A stretch of DNA of 64,000 nucleotides from an uncultured Acidobacteriota bacterium. GTDB taxonomy: Bacteria; Acidobacteriota; Vicinamibacteria; Vicinamibacterales; CAVPJW01. This document shows, piece by piece, positions 50,780 through 62,395 of the stretch. The translations under genes and the position numbers were made by a program. Position 1 is the first letter of the stretch, and every line of letters begins with the position of its first letter. The notes beneath the pieces were generated by a model. It was not told the origin of the DNA and did no database searches. It saw nothing but the letters and a program-made list of their open reading frames with translations. Where the stretch lies: contig CAWGYQ010000007.1 in the NCBI GenBank assembly GCA_963826865.1, positions 8,605 through 72,604 on the forward strand, written 5' to 3'.

Positions 50780-52597
50780 GTGGCTATCCAGGCTGTTACC
50801 GGACACGGGCGTTTCACACTCGGTCGTGGGATCCTGGCTCTTGTAGCCATTCTCGTTTTCGGATGGTTCGCGTCAGCGGCCCCGCGTCAAGCTGGCCAAG
50901 TCACCGGGCTGGCGGCGTTCCACCGCGCCGGGCAAACCTTCCTCACATGGCGCGAGGTCAATGCCCCGGACTTCCCTGCCTCGATTTCTGTCGAAGAGCT
51001 GCAGAAGATACGAGCCGATCTGCAGAAGCGTGGGGTTCGGTACCGGATCTACCAGTCGCTTCAACCGATTCAATCCGTGAGTGGCTTGAAGCCGGTTGCT
51101 GAAGTGCCCTCGCTGACGGCCTGGAACACTGAGTTCTATGGCAACGCGAAGCCCAAAGCGCCGGCTCTCCGCTATGTCATCGAAGACGACGCGGCGCCAC
51201 TTCCCGAGGAGGCGGGGTTGGCGGTACTGAATCCCGGGACACCCGGGCGCTCGTACTATGCGGTAACGGTGACAGTTGGAGGGCAGGAAACCCGATCGAT
51301 CAGCTCATCGAACGCGTTGGCGACACCAGTCAGCGAGACCGTTGGGCAGGGGATCCCGGTGCTTCAGCGGGTGGAAAAACCCGCGATTCACGTCTATGTC
51401 GAGCGGCCCGAACTTCGTTTCTACGTGCGCTGGGAGTCGCCACCGAACGCGAGCGTCGAGGGTAAGCCCTATGACTACCTGATTGGCGTTCCTCCGACGC
51501 GCCGCTCTCCGGCGCCGGTTGGCCTACACCTGCACGCCTGGGGCGGCAGCCTGACGGGAGGACACGGCTGGTGGTTCAATGCCGCTCAAGGCGCGCTGCT
51601 CGTTGCGACGAATCAGATTCCATACGACTGGTGGACCGGCTACCACGAGTCCTACTTCGATGGCTCGCCGCGCCGCAGTCAGGATTGGCAGCGGGGCGTC
51701 GTGCGACCGTATACGCAACGGCGCTTGCTGTCGTTTCTCGACTGGACTGCTTCGAACTTCAAGGTCGACACCTCCAGGACGTTCGCCGGCGGTATCTCGA
51801 TGGGTGGCAGTGGGTCCACCATGCTCGCCATCAGGTACCCCGATAGAATCGCGTGGAGCATCGGATGGGTTGGCGTGCACAGGCCCAGCCAATCGCCGGG
51901 GTTCAAGGGTTCGTATGCCGGCGCTTACGGCGACCCCGAGTGGGGCGTTCGGTTCGAGGACGGCACGCCCGTCTGGGACTACTACGACGACGTCTGGTAC
52001 CTTCGTCAATACCCTGAGCGCGAGACGGCGTTCATTACCTTTTCGAACGGCAAGAACGACAGCGCCATCGGATGGTCTCAGGCGGTCGATTTCGCCCGTG
52101 CCCTACAGGAAACGAAGCGACCGCACCTCTTCGTCTGGGGCCAGGAGAGCCACGGCCAGCGCGCGATCATGCCAGATGGCGATCAGCGTGAGATGCCGAT
52201 CGACATTCGCGTCAACCAGTCGCTGCCCGCCTTTACCAACTGCAGCCTCGACGGCAATCCCGGCAACGGGTCACCGGACAACGGCGATCCGGTCGGACAA
52301 ATCAATCGTCATCTGTCTTGGGCGACCGACGATATCGTCGATCAAGCGGATCGCTGGGAGATGACGCTGCAGTTGCGGGAATCGGCCCCGGCGGCGCGGT
52401 GCACGGTGGACGTCACGCCCCGGCGCTGCCAGCAGTTCAAGGTGAAGCCTGGCGACGGTTTCGCGTGGTCGACGGATTCTAACCAGTCGGGTCGAGTTGT
52501 GGCCGATCGATGGGGATTGGTTACGGTTCCCGCCGTGGCCATGGCGAAAGGAAGCACCCGGCTGCGAATCGTGAGGGATCGGACCGCCGGTCAGTGA
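50780..52597 (+). CDS. Secreted alpha/beta-hydrolase-fold protein (esterase-like) with beta-sandwich accessory domains
   Basis: Signal peptide; LHAWGGS; nucleophile elbow GISMGG; GKND; candidate catalytic His in SHG. Confidence 0.65.
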   Translation: MAIQAVTGHGRFTLGRGILALVAILVFGWFASAAPRQAGQVTGLAAFHRAGQTFLTWREVNAPDFPASISVEELQKIRADLQKRGVRYRIYQSLQPIQSVSGLKPVAEVPSLTAWNTEFYGNAKPKAPALRYVIEDDAAPLPEEAGLAVLNPGTPGRSYYAVTVTVGGQETRSISSSNALATPVSETVGQGIPVLQRVEKPAIHVYVERPELRFYVRWESPPNASVEGKPYDYLIGVPPTRRSPAPVGLHLHAWGGSLTGGHGWWFNAAQGALLVATNQIPYDWWTGYHESYFDGSPRRSQDWQRGVVRPYTQRRLLSFLDWTASNFKVDTSRTFAGGISMGGSGSTMLAIRYPDRIAWSIGWVGVHRPSQSPGFKGSYAGAYGDPEWGVRFEDGTPVWDYYDDVWYLRQYPERETAFITFSNGKNDSAIGWSQAVDFARALQETKRPHLFVWGQESHGQRAIMPDGDQREMPIDIRVNQSLPAFTNCSLDGNPGNGSPDNGDPVGQINRHLSWATDDIVDQADRWEMTLQLRESAPAARCTVDVTPRRCQQFKVKPGDGFAWSTDSNQSGRVVADRWGLVTVPAVAMAKGSTRLRIVRDRTAGQ

Positions 52598-55211
52598 TAG
52601 AAGCGCCGGCCAACTCTTCCTCAGCGCCCGCTCCCGCGATCGACATTCCCCTCATCGTTTCCCAAAACGATCTCAGCACCAGCCGTCGTGGTGAACCGGT
52701 GACGCTTGGCGTGCCATTTCCGCGGGGTGCGTGCCCCGACCCGAGCCGCCTGTGGCTGTTCGATCCCGACAACAACCCCATCGAGATTCAAACCCGCACG
52801 CTCGATTGGTGGGCCGACGGTTCGGCGCGCTGGGTGCTCCTGGATTTTCGCGCCGACCCCCGCCAGGGTGGCGATGTCGTCTATCGGCTGCGTGGAGGAG
52901 CCACGGAGAGGCCCTCCGCAGAAGATGCGCTTTCCATCGACGAGAGCGATCGGGGCGTGATCGTCGATGTCGGGTGCGGCCGATTGGTCTTCCCACGCTC
53001 TGGCGGATTCCGGATTCGAGTACGAACGATCGGGGATGACGGGATTCGCCAGGCGATCGTTCGTCGAACTGGGGCTGCGTGACGACAGGGGAGTCGCAGC
53101 CGTGGTGAAACTCAGCGCCCTCCGGCTTGAAGAAGCGGGGCCCATCAGATCCGTGATATGCGCGCGGGCCGGCGTGCGACGGCCGGATGGTGAACCACTC
53201 GTCGATCTGACCGTGCGCGTTCAGGTATTCCGTCACCTGCCTGCGGTTCGCTGTCACGTGACCATCCGCAACCCCCGCCGGGCACGTCACGCCGGCGGCT
53301 ACTGGGAGCTCGGGGACGAGGGGTCGATCTTCATCACCGAGATGTGGATGGCCATCGAGTCGGTCGGGACGACTGGGGCGGATGTTCTCGGTTCAGTCGA
53401 AGAGCACGCTCCGCTGAGGGTCCTGGGGACGCCGCTGACGGTGTATCAGGACTCGAGCGGCGGAGAGAACTGGCGCAGCGCGGCGCACCTCAATCGATTT
53501 GGCCAGGTCCGGAATCGCTTCCGCGGCTATCACCTGCGCGGCGGCCTGTGCGACGAACACGGACTGCGCGCTTCACCCACCCTGGTTCTTCGGGACCCCG
53601 ACGGCGAGGTGTCGGCAACAGTCAGACATTTCTGGCAGAATTGTCCGATTGCGTCCGAGGCGGACGAGCGGCGTATTACCCTGCGCCTGCCGGCGCCACA
53701 GTACGACGATCTGCACGAGCTTCAGGCCGGCGAACAGAAAACGTATGAGATCGGGCTCGGATTCGAGCCAGATTCGATCGCCGATGTCCCACTCGACTGG
53801 TGTCGCACGCCGCTCCTCGGTACGCGCCGCGCCTGACTGGTATGCAGAGGCGCGAGCGGCGTCATACCTCGTTCCCGCTTCCGAGGATCCGCATGCCGAC
53901 TACGTGCGACTCGTGAATGCTGCGATTGAGGGGCCAGACACATTCGAGCTGAAGCGCGAGCGCGTGGACGAGTACGGCTGGCGTCACTTCGGCGATCTGT
54001 ACGCCGATCACGAGGCGGTGCGCGATCCAGGTCCCCAGCCCCTGGTCTCGCACTACAACAACCAATACGATGCGCTCGCCGGGTTCGATCTACCAGTTCT
54101 TCCGTAGCGGTGACCACCGCTGGTGGGCGCCTCCTGGGCCCGCTGGCCGCGCACGTCGCCGACATCGACGTGTACCACACAGAGCGCGATCGTTCGGCGT
54201 ACAACCACGGTCTGTTCTGGCACACCGTCCACTACATCGGCGCCGGGCTTTCCACGCACCGGTGTTATCCGACGCGCCCCGGGCGTCGGCGGGGGCGGCC
54301 CATCCGCGGAGCACAACTACACCACCGGTCTGATGCTCCATTACTTCCTGACCGGCGATCCGCGAAGCCGCGAGGCCGCTCTGGATTTGGCGCGGTGGGT
54401 CCTCGACATGGACGATGGCGTGCGGACGCCGTTCAGATGGCTCACGCGCCAAGACACGGGGCTGGCGAGCTCCACGGTGGAGCCGCGCTATCACGGTGCA
54501 GGCCGCGGCGCGGGAAACTCCATCGTCACGCTGCTCAACGCGTGGCGGCTCACGGGCGAGCGCCGCTACCTCGAGAAAGCCGAGCGGCTGATTCGCCGAT
54601 GCATCAACCCCTCCGATGACATCGAAGCGCTCACTCTGCTCGATGTCGAGGCTCGTTGGTCGTACACGGTGTTTCTCCAGGCGCTCGGGCGGTATCTCGA
54701 CCAAAAAGCAGACGCTGGTGAGTTCGACGCGACCTATCGCTACGTGCGCGCCAGTCTCCTCCACTATGCCACGTGGATGGCGACCCGAGAGTCTCCCTAC
54801 CTCGAGACGCCAGAGAAGCTCGAGTACCCCAATGAAACGTGGGCGGCCCAGGACATGCGCAAGAGCGAGGTGTTCAAGATCGCGGCCCGACACACCACAG
54901 GAACGCTGCGCGCGCGGTTTCTCGAGCGCTCGGCATTCTTCTTCGAGAACTGCACGCGCACATTGGCCTCGATGCCGACACGCACCTTGGCGCGCCCGCT
55001 GGCGATTCTCCTGACGAACGGCTTCTCGCACGCCTATTTCACACGGCACCCGGACACACAGGCTCCGGCCGTGGAAGAGCGCCGAGAGGATTTCGGCGCC
55101 CCCGAGCGCTTCATCCCTCAGCAAATCCGCGCCCGCCGCCGGGCGATGGTGGTGATGGGCGGTCTGCTCCTGACGGCCGCCCTCGGTTGCGTATACCTGC
55201 TCCTGCAGTAA
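52594..55211 (+). CDS. YetA/PcRGLX (PL26)-like lyase-fold protein with C-terminal TM; about 5 frameshifts (error or pseudogene)
   Basis: EPVTLGVPFPRG..QTRTLDWWADGSARW; EEAGPIR; YGWRHFGD..NNQYD; H..DID..H; HYFLTGD. Pieces lie in successive frames. Confidence 0.55.
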
Positions 55212-55330
55212 CGCCCTCATCGACCAAATCGCGCCAGGGCGCTCCCGCCGTCGTCAGGCCGCCGCAGGCTTTACCAGAGACGCGACGAGGGACGTGGGGA
55301 TTTCGTGATCGAGGAGGCAGAATCCGAGGT

Positions 55331-56518
55331 TCAGCGGCGCGCTGCCGACTCGAGAATGCCGGGTAGCGCGGCAAGTTGGTCTGGCCACCCGAGGCGGGTG
55401 AGGTCGGCGCACGCCGCCCGCTTGCGGCGCTCGGCGGAAGGACGGGCAAGCAGGTCGAGCAGGGCGCGTGCAAAGGCATCCGCCGTGTCCGCGACAACGC
55501 ATGCACATTCGACCTCGCGCGGCAAACCTTCGGCCACGACCGGCGTGACGACGACCGGAAGTCCGGCCGCGACGGCTTCGAGGACCTTGTTCTGGATGCC
55601 GCGTGCGGAGCTCAGCGGCGCGACGGAGACGGCGGCGCGCCAGAGATACGGCCGGACGTCGCTCACCGCGCCGGTGACCTCAATGGTCGGGTCCGTTCGC
55701 GCGAGGGACATGACGGCTCGGGTGGGATCGGAGCCAACCAGCGCAAGACGCGCGTCTGGGCGCTCGCGTCGCACGAGCGGCCAAACCGTGCTCGCCAGCC
55801 ACCGCGCGGCCTCCACGTTGGGGGCATAATTCATGACTCCGCAAAAGACGACGCGCGGATCGCTGGCAGGCGGATCGGATGGGCGAAAGGTCGACACATC
55901 GACTCCGTTCGGCACGACATGGATGGCCGCGGTGGTCCGGCCCGCCAGAACCGCACGTTCCCGTTCGTTGACGACCAGTGTGCTCTCCGCGCGTTCAGCC
56001 GCAGTGACTTCGAAATCGGCCAGGCAGCGGCCCTCGCGCGCGTAAATCCACCTTCGCGGTCCGTGAACGGTCGTCGCCAGCGTCTGCCACTTTTCCGAGT
56101 CGACGTCCACCATGTCCAAGACGAACGGCACCTCGCTCAACGGCGCTTCCAAGGCGAAGCGTGCCATGCCTGAGCAGTAGGACAGGACCACATCCGGGCG
56201 GTGTTCCTTCATGAGTCTGGCAGCCGCCGGCAGGAGATCCGGCGAGTCGAGCAGTGCATGCGTGACCGGTCGGCTCGTCGGAAGGCTCAGGAGACCTTGC
56301 ACGACGTTCGCAAGGCGCGGTACCGGCGCGGTCGCCACGCGTGCGACCAGGTTTCGAAGCTCGCGCGCATGCGATTGTTCTTCTCGGTCGTGGACCAGCG
56401 AGAGCAGGTCCACGTCGATGCGGGCGGCCGCCAGAGTCTTCAGGACGTGAAACGCCCGGATTCGATCGCCTCGATTGGGGGCGTACGGCAGGCGGTGTGT
56501 GAGAAACAGAACCCTCAT
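55331..56518 (-). CDS. GT4 glycosyltransferase (PEP-CTERM/XrtA-associated type)
   Basis: LTHRLPYAPNRGDRIRAF, DMVDVDSEKW, ARGIQNKVLEA. Confidence 0.92.
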   Translation of the reverse strand: MRVLFLTHRLPYAPNRGDRIRAFHVLKTLAAARIDVDLLSLVHDREEQSHARELRNLVARVATAPVPRLANVVQGLLSLPTSRPVTHALLDSPDLLPAAARLMKEHRPDVVLSYCSGMARFALEAPLSEVPFVLDMVDVDSEKWQTLATTVHGPRRWIYAREGRCLADFEVTAAERAESTLVVNERERAVLAGRTTAAIHVVPNGVDVSTFRPSDPPASDPRVVFCGVMNYAPNVEAARWLASTVWPLVRRERPDARLALVGSDPTRAVMSLARTDPTIEVTGAVSDVRPYLWRAAVSVAPLSSARGIQNKVLEAVAAGLPVVVTPVVAEGLPREVECACVVADTADAFARALLDLLARPSAERRKRAACADLTRLGWPDQLAALPGILESAARR

Positions 56519-56519
56519 A

Positions 56520-57116
56520 TCACGTGGCGGCGGCCTCGTCGCGGCTGCTCACCACGCGGGCGGGAACGCCGGCGACGACGACGCGATCCGGCACGGGCTT
56601 GGTCACGACGGCGCCGGCGCCGACCACGCTGTCACGGCCGACGTCGGCCATGACGACCGCGGCGCTTCCGATCCACGAGCCCGCCCCGATCCGCACCAAT
56701 GTTCGGACGCCAGGCTGATCGCGGATTGGAAGTGTCACATCGGATGTGCCATGGAGGCGTCCTCCACTCGGCACGTGGACGCCTGCAGCCAGAAGGGCAT
56801 CGCGCTCGATGTGCACGAGGCCTAGGTGGCAGCCCGGACCCACATACGCGCGTTTGTCAATGCGGGCACCGGCTTTCGAGAACACCGTGCCGAACTCGAT
56901 CGTGGCGGTCCGGTCGCGGTACTCAAGGCTCCGAGCGAGAAACGCCCGTCTCAGATACTGCCCCACGATGCCGGGAATGAGCGACAGCGCCTGTGTGGAA
57001 CCTTCGAGCGCCCGATCGCGGCCGACAATCGTGGCTCGAATGACAAACGACAACACGACAGGCGCGGCCACAACCGACGCTGCGGCGTATGCGAGCCACT
57101 TCAATGCCTCTCTCAC
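56520..57116 (-). CDS. Hexapeptide-repeat O-acyltransferase
   Basis: IGAGSWIG, VGAGAVV, AGVPAR. Confidence 0.88.
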   Translation of the reverse strand: MREALKWLAYAAASVVAAPVVLSFVIRATIVGRDRALEGSTQALSLIPGIVGQYLRRAFLARSLEYRDRTATIEFGTVFSKAGARIDKRAYVGPGCHLGLVHIERDALLAAGVHVPSGGRLHGTSDVTLPIRDQPGVRTLVRIGAGSWIGSAAVVMADVGRDSVVGAGAVVTKPVPDRVVVAGVPARVVSSRDEAAAT

Positions 57117-58297
57117 GCCGACACCCTGGATGCATCCTCTGTGCGGGGGGCGCCGGGCCGCGTCGGCGAGATGAGCTCTTCATAAAGAGATTCGAGCATG
57201 CGCATGCGTCCTGCGAACGAGAGCTCATTGTCGACGCGGGAACGGGCTGTCCGAACGCGGCGCGCCGTGGCGGCGGAATCGTCGAGCGTCCGTTCGATTG
57301 CGGCGGTGAGGGCCTGCGCATCGTTCGGCCGGACGAGCAGTGCATGCTGGCCGTCAGCGACGAGTTCGCCGGTTCCGCCAACATCGGTCGCCACGATCGG
57401 CGTTTCGAGGGCCATCGCCTCGAGGACCGCATTTGGGGTTCCTTCGTAGTCGGACGACTGCACAAACACGTCGAACGCGTTGTGAAGATCGGCGACATCC
57501 GCTCGATGGCCGAGGAACGAACAGATGCCGTCAGGCAACTCCCGGCGCGCTCGTGCCTCGAGCTCGGCGGACATGCTCCCGGCTCCAGCGATGACGAGCC
57601 GCAGCGACGGTCTGACACGGACGAGATCGGCGACGGACGCGATCAGCACGTCGAACCGCTTCTGCGGTTCCAGGCGTCCAACCGTTCCGATCACGACGTC
57701 CTGATCCGCAAGTCCCAGCATGTGTCGCACGACGTGTCGACGCCGGGAGTCACGGCGAAAGAGGGTGTTGTCGATCGCGTTCAGCACCGTTCTAATCCGC
57801 TCGTGCCGGGCGCCGGCGCGAATGAGCGTGGCGCGAATCTCGCTGGAGACTGCGACAAGCATGGGGAACGACGCCAACAACCATTTGTCGGCGGGATAGT
57901 AGCAGTAACGCTCCCGCCGCGAGTGTCCCGTCCATCCATGGACCGTCGCCATCGGTTTCACGCCCGTCGTCCGCGCGAGAAGCCACGCCAGCAGATCGGT
58001 CTTGTATTCGTGCGCATGCACGATCTGGATGCTTCGATCCCGGATGAGGCTCGTCAGCGCAGGCCACACGCGCGGATCGAACGAACCGCGCTCAGGAATC
58101 TCGACATAGTCCACGCCCAGCTCGCGTGCGCGCACGTCGATCGAGAATATGTCATCGCGCCCGTCGCGCAGATAACAGACGGTCACGGCGAATCGGCGAG
58201 GGTCCGCCTGCGCCGCGCCGAGAAGGATCGTCTTTTCAGGGCCGCCGCCCGTGCCGCGGACAGAGCGCAGCTCGAGAATGCGAATGGGCCCTGTCAT
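57113..58297 (-). CDS. GT4 glycosyltransferase
   Basis: GGGPEK, VGRLEPQKRF, EGTPNAVLEAMA, TDVGG. Confidence 0.92.
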   Translation of the reverse strand: MTGPIRILELRSVRGTGGGPEKTILLGAAQADPRRFAVTVCYLRDGRDDIFSIDVRARELGVDYVEIPERGSFDPRVWPALTSLIRDRSIQIVHAHEYKTDLLAWLLARTTGVKPMATVHGWTGHSRRERYCYYPADKWLLASFPMLVAVSSEIRATLIRAGARHERIRTVLNAIDNTLFRRDSRRRHVVRHMLGLADQDVVIGTVGRLEPQKRFDVLIASVADLVRVRPSLRLVIAGAGSMSAELEARARRELPDGICSFLGHRADVADLHNAFDVFVQSSDYEGTPNAVLEAMALETPIVATDVGGTGELVADGQHALLVRPNDAQALTAAIERTLDDSAATARRVRTARSRVDNELSFAGRMRMLESLYEELISPTRPGAPRTEDASRVSA

Positions 58298-59304
58298 CTC
58301 GCGGCCGTCCGCGGGACGGCGGTCGTCGCGTGGCGGCGGTGCGGCATCCGGACGACGAGCGCCGCCGCGCGAGCCAGGTCGTAGGTGCCGGCCACGGCGA
58401 GAGCCTGCAGCAGACCCGCGGCGGCAAATGATCGGCGGTGGGCCAGGATCCTGAGCGCGCGCAGCGCGGCGAGCAGAACGAACGCCGATGCGGCCAGGAC
58501 AGCGGGCCGCCAGCCGATCACTTGCGCCGCAGCCACGCCCACGATGGTGGCAGCGACAAGCCCCAGATTGACGATGGGAATGAGGATGCTCGGCAGATCC
58601 CGAGCGGATACTGGACCGCGAGCGCTCACACGCAGGTTGTCACGGCCGCGCCACAGCTCGGCGACCCACAAGGCTCTGAGCGTTTCCGGATCGCCGAAGT
58701 GCGTGCTCTCCATGCGATCGTCGGCGACGATGCGTCCGCCAGAGGCGCGCAGGCGCCGACAGAAGTCGACGTCCTCGCAGGTCTCGAGTCGCACGTCGAA
58801 GCCACCGAGCTCGTGGAACGTCTTTGCGGGCACCGCCAGGTTTCCGCTGCCCAGCCAGTCAACATCGCGTCTGCCCGGTTGATGCAGGCGCAATCCGTCG
58901 TACATGCGCTGAACCCAGGTGCCATCCGGTGGGGCATGATAGGGCGCACCGGCCGCTTGAACCCGTTCGCCACCGAGCGTGTCGACGGCTGCGTCGATCC
59001 ACGTCGGTTCGATCTCGTGGTCGGCATCCACGAATGCCAGGATCTGACCTCGAGCGACCTTGGCGCCGGCGTTCCGCAGTTCGGCCACACGCGCAGCCGG
59101 GGCAGCCAGTGTCACGGCACCTCCGGCGCGCGCGACGGAGACGGAGTCGTCTGTTGAGCCGTTATCGACGACGACCGTTTCGACCAGCTCGGTCGGGTAG
59201 GTGTTACGCCGGATCGATGCGAGACACCGCTCCAGTCTGCGGGCATCATTTCTGACCGGAATCACGAACGAGACGGTCGGGTGCGCGCTCTGACCTGCAG
59301 TCAC
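58294..59304 (-). CDS. GT2 glycosyltransferase
   Basis: SFVIPVRN, VVDNGSTD, AFVDAD, GGFD, EDVDF; GTG start at 59304 overlaps the upstream stop. Confidence 0.88.
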   Translation of the reverse strand: MTAGQSAHPTVSFVIPVRNDARRLERCLASIRRNTYPTELVETVVVDNGSTDDSVSVARAGGAVTLAAPAARVAELRNAGAKVARGQILAFVDADHEIEPTWIDAAVDTLGGERVQAAGAPYHAPPDGTWVQRMYDGLRLHQPGRRDVDWLGSGNLAVPAKTFHELGGFDVRLETCEDVDFCRRLRASGGRIVADDRMESTHFGDPETLRALWVAELWRGRDNLRVSARGPVSARDLPSILIPIVNLGLVAATIVGVAAAQVIGWRPAVLAASAFVLLAALRALRILAHRRSFAAAGLLQALAVAGTYDLARAAALVVRMPHRRHATTAVPRTAAR

Positions 59305-60564
59305 GGGTTGCCGCTCGGCTGAAGCTCGAATGCGCCCGCGTCGGGCGTGTTTGGATCGCGCGGGCTCTTGTCGAAGTCGTCGTCGACGTCGGCCAGCGGC
59401 ACGCCGGCTCCAACGGCCGGAACGGTCGGTCCGGCGAGATGCAGATCGGCCGCTGCCGCATCGACGAACCACGGGTGAGCGGCTGTGGTGAGATTGCCCT
59501 GCTGGTCGGCCTGGCCGCCGTCGCGGAGGGTGATAGCCCGATTGGTCAGGTTGTTCCGGACTCTGACGCTCGTGCAGCGGGAACCGGATACTGATGGACC
59601 AGGGAAGCTGGCCTTCGACCAGGACGGTGTTGTGATCGATCGCGAGGTCGCGTGCGGCGTTCGCCTCAATCCCTTCGTCGCCCCACGAGTTGAGGTTCCA
59701 GACGACGTTGTTGCGGATTCGACCGCCCTGATGATCGAAGTATCGTTCGCCGTCGCGTACAGTTTTGTTCACCGGACCCAAACCGAATGCGATTCCCCGG
59801 GAGGAATCGACAATCAGATTGCGCTCGACGATGGTGTTCTGCGAGTTGGCCCAGAAGAGTACCGCGGGGCCGGCGGCGCGGCGATTCTCGGGTCCGCGAA
59901 TCCTCGAAAACGTGTTATCGCGTACGATCCATCCTCGGCCAGAGAGGACGTCGATGCCATCCGTGTAGTCCCCCGGGGCGTGATCCGTGTACTCGATTCG
60001 CGAACACGCCAGCAACCCATCGTCTGGTCCTTGCCCATCGGAGCCGACGCTGCCCTTGATGAGCTGCTGTCCGGTGTTGACCACCCGGATGTTCTGCATC
60101 ACGAGATTCGAGGCTCCGCGCTCGCCACGAACCTGCACGCCGTGAAAGCGCACGTACCCGACTGTCAGGTGTGCCAGCGTGACGTGGCTCGCACTGATCG
60201 ACAGGGCGACGCCCACGTTCGGTTCCTGCATTCCGTCGCCGCGCACGATGACCTTGTCACGATCACCGCTTCGGCCCCGAATCACGACGCGGTCCGTCGT
60301 GATGTCCAGCATGCGGTCGAGGCGATACTCTCCGTCTTCCAGCAGAATCGTGGTTCCTGGTTTCGCTTCCGCCACCCGCCGGCGAAGTTCGCCCATGTTC
60401 CTGACCGTGCGAGTGATCGACGTCTGCGGCGGGGTCCACACGCAACGCGGATCTGTCACCGGATCCTGCGGGGCACCGGACGGCGAGGTACCGTGCGCAG
60501 CTACGACGGTTGCAAGCGCGGCAACGATCGACAAGCCTAGGCCGGATCCGCGGCGACGGTACAT
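59301..60564 (-). CDS. Secreted right-handed parallel beta-helix protein, apparent frameshift near 59580
   Basis: Signal peptide, PGTTILLEDGEY, repeated xxRNNxx strands; the shifted frame ends FVD...DLHL...PDAGAFE, stop at 59301. Confidence 0.75.
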
Positions 60565-62394
60565 TACAGGTTCTCCCTTTGCCACAGCTCGATCACGAGG
60601 AGCACTTCGAGCAGGTAGGCGCGATCGGCTCGGCCCTCGCGAGTTTCCGAAACGAGTCGTTTCACGGCATCCTCACGGAAGACTCCCCGTGACAGCGTGC
60701 GTTCATCGAGCAGCACCGCCTCGACCGATTCGAGCAAGCTGCGACGCATCCACTGGTCGAAGCTATGGTAGTGCCGATAGCCGTAGACATTCAGCCGCTT
60801 CAGCACCGTGTTGAGCTTGTCATAGATCGCCTCAGCGGTAGGACCCGCTCCGGCAGGTGCGCCGGTGTTTGAATTGCGCACACGCAGAAGCCGCGGGTTC
60901 CCGTCCCGGATGATCGCTTGATGGATGTCGCTGTTGTCCCGCCAGCGGGCCGGTGCGCGAAAAAGAGCCGCGAGGAAGTCAGTGTCCGTGAACGGCACCC
61001 GGACCTCGACGGCGTGCCGGAAGAGCTCCAGCGAGGGCACGGTAAAGCGCCGGTGCTGCTCCACCAAATAGAGATAGGTGCATAAATCCGGCGGCGACAG
61101 ATCGACCTGATCGAGGCTCTCTTCCAGTGACCGACGAGGTTGGGCGGCGACGGGCTCGTACCAATGCGGCATGAGCAGATCACTCAACGTGACGTCGCGG
61201 CTGACGTAACTGGCCCGTTGGAGCAAGTAGGCGATCAGCTGGGACTTGTCGCGCATCGCGTAGATCTGCGCATCGGTCTGGAACGGCCACGCCAGGCTGG
61301 CCTTGGCGAGCTCGCCCCCGTGGCCCCGGAGCAGCACATTGCACCCGGCCGCTCGTACCGCATCGAGGGCAAGCATCTCGGTGAGCCCGTGACTCAGGTA
61401 CATGCCGTCAGTGAGCGACACCATGCGCTCAAAGTTCGACTGAAAGTTGGTCAGGTACGTGCCGTTCAACTCGCTGAACGTATTGCGGACACCCGAGATG
61501 CGCGCGATCTCGACGGCGATCACCTCATCCGCACAGCCCTTTGCGCCCAACGTGAATGTGGAGAGATCACCGTCATTCGCCATGGCGAGCACGGCACGGC
61601 TGTCGAGGCCGCCCGACAATGACAGGCCGAATCGATGGTCGCCGGACAAGGCCCGCGTCACTGCGCTTTGGAAGGCGTCGGTGAGCTCTCCGAGATACGC
61701 CTGGTGACTGCCGGTCCAAGTCGTGAACAGATCGGCCACGTGAAAATACCGGTCGACCACGCAGCGGCCGTCGTTCCACGAATAGGTGAGTGTCGATCCG
61801 GGTGGCAGCAGCTGAACGCCCGCAGCGAGCGTCTTGTTGCCAAACATGAAACCGAACGTCAGAAAATCTGCAATCGCGCGGGGATCGAGCGCCCGCGGCA
61901 CCAGTGGATCCCGTAGCGCCGACTTCAGCGCGGAGGAGAATGTGAAACGCTCGGCCCCCTGGTACCAGGTACAGTGGATACGACCCGATTGGATCGCTCA
62001 CCAGTATGAGACGACGGCGACGCTCATCGAGGATGGCCAGGCAGTAAGCACCCTTCAGCTGTGAGAGACCTTGGACGTCGTGCCGTTCATACAGGCGGCG
62101 GATGATGGTCGCGGGAGCGGGCGACCCGGCGCGTGAGCCCTCGCCCAGGGAGGACTGTAACTCGGACGCGTTGGACAGGTCGCCGTGGAAAAGGACCCGA
62201 ATAGAATGCTCATCCAGCTGAGCGCCCTGCTCGAGCACGCCGAGGTGCGCACGGGCGAGACCCCAGCGTCCTTCGGGGTCGATAGCAGACTCGCGCGCCA
62301 GCCCGCCGTCGCCTTGAAGCGGCTCCAACAGCGTTCGGATGAGCGCGGCGGCGCCTGTCGTTGCGTGCTGAACGAAGCCAGTCAGTCCCGGCAT
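60564..62394 (-). CDS. Asparagine-synthetase-like amidotransferase/ligase, apparent frameshift near 61968
   Basis: DPIGSYPLY, SLSGGLDSR, LRGHGGE, RVPFTD, IELW. Confidence 0.85.
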
Positions 62395-62395
62395 G

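Noticed and set aside
58294-60585. 763-aa beta-helix-GT2 fusion in the ORF track
   Set aside because: A frameshift near 59580 explains it. The beta-helix has its own C-terminus and stop at 59301, the GT2 has its own GTG at 59304, and a secreted/cytoplasmic fusion is implausible.
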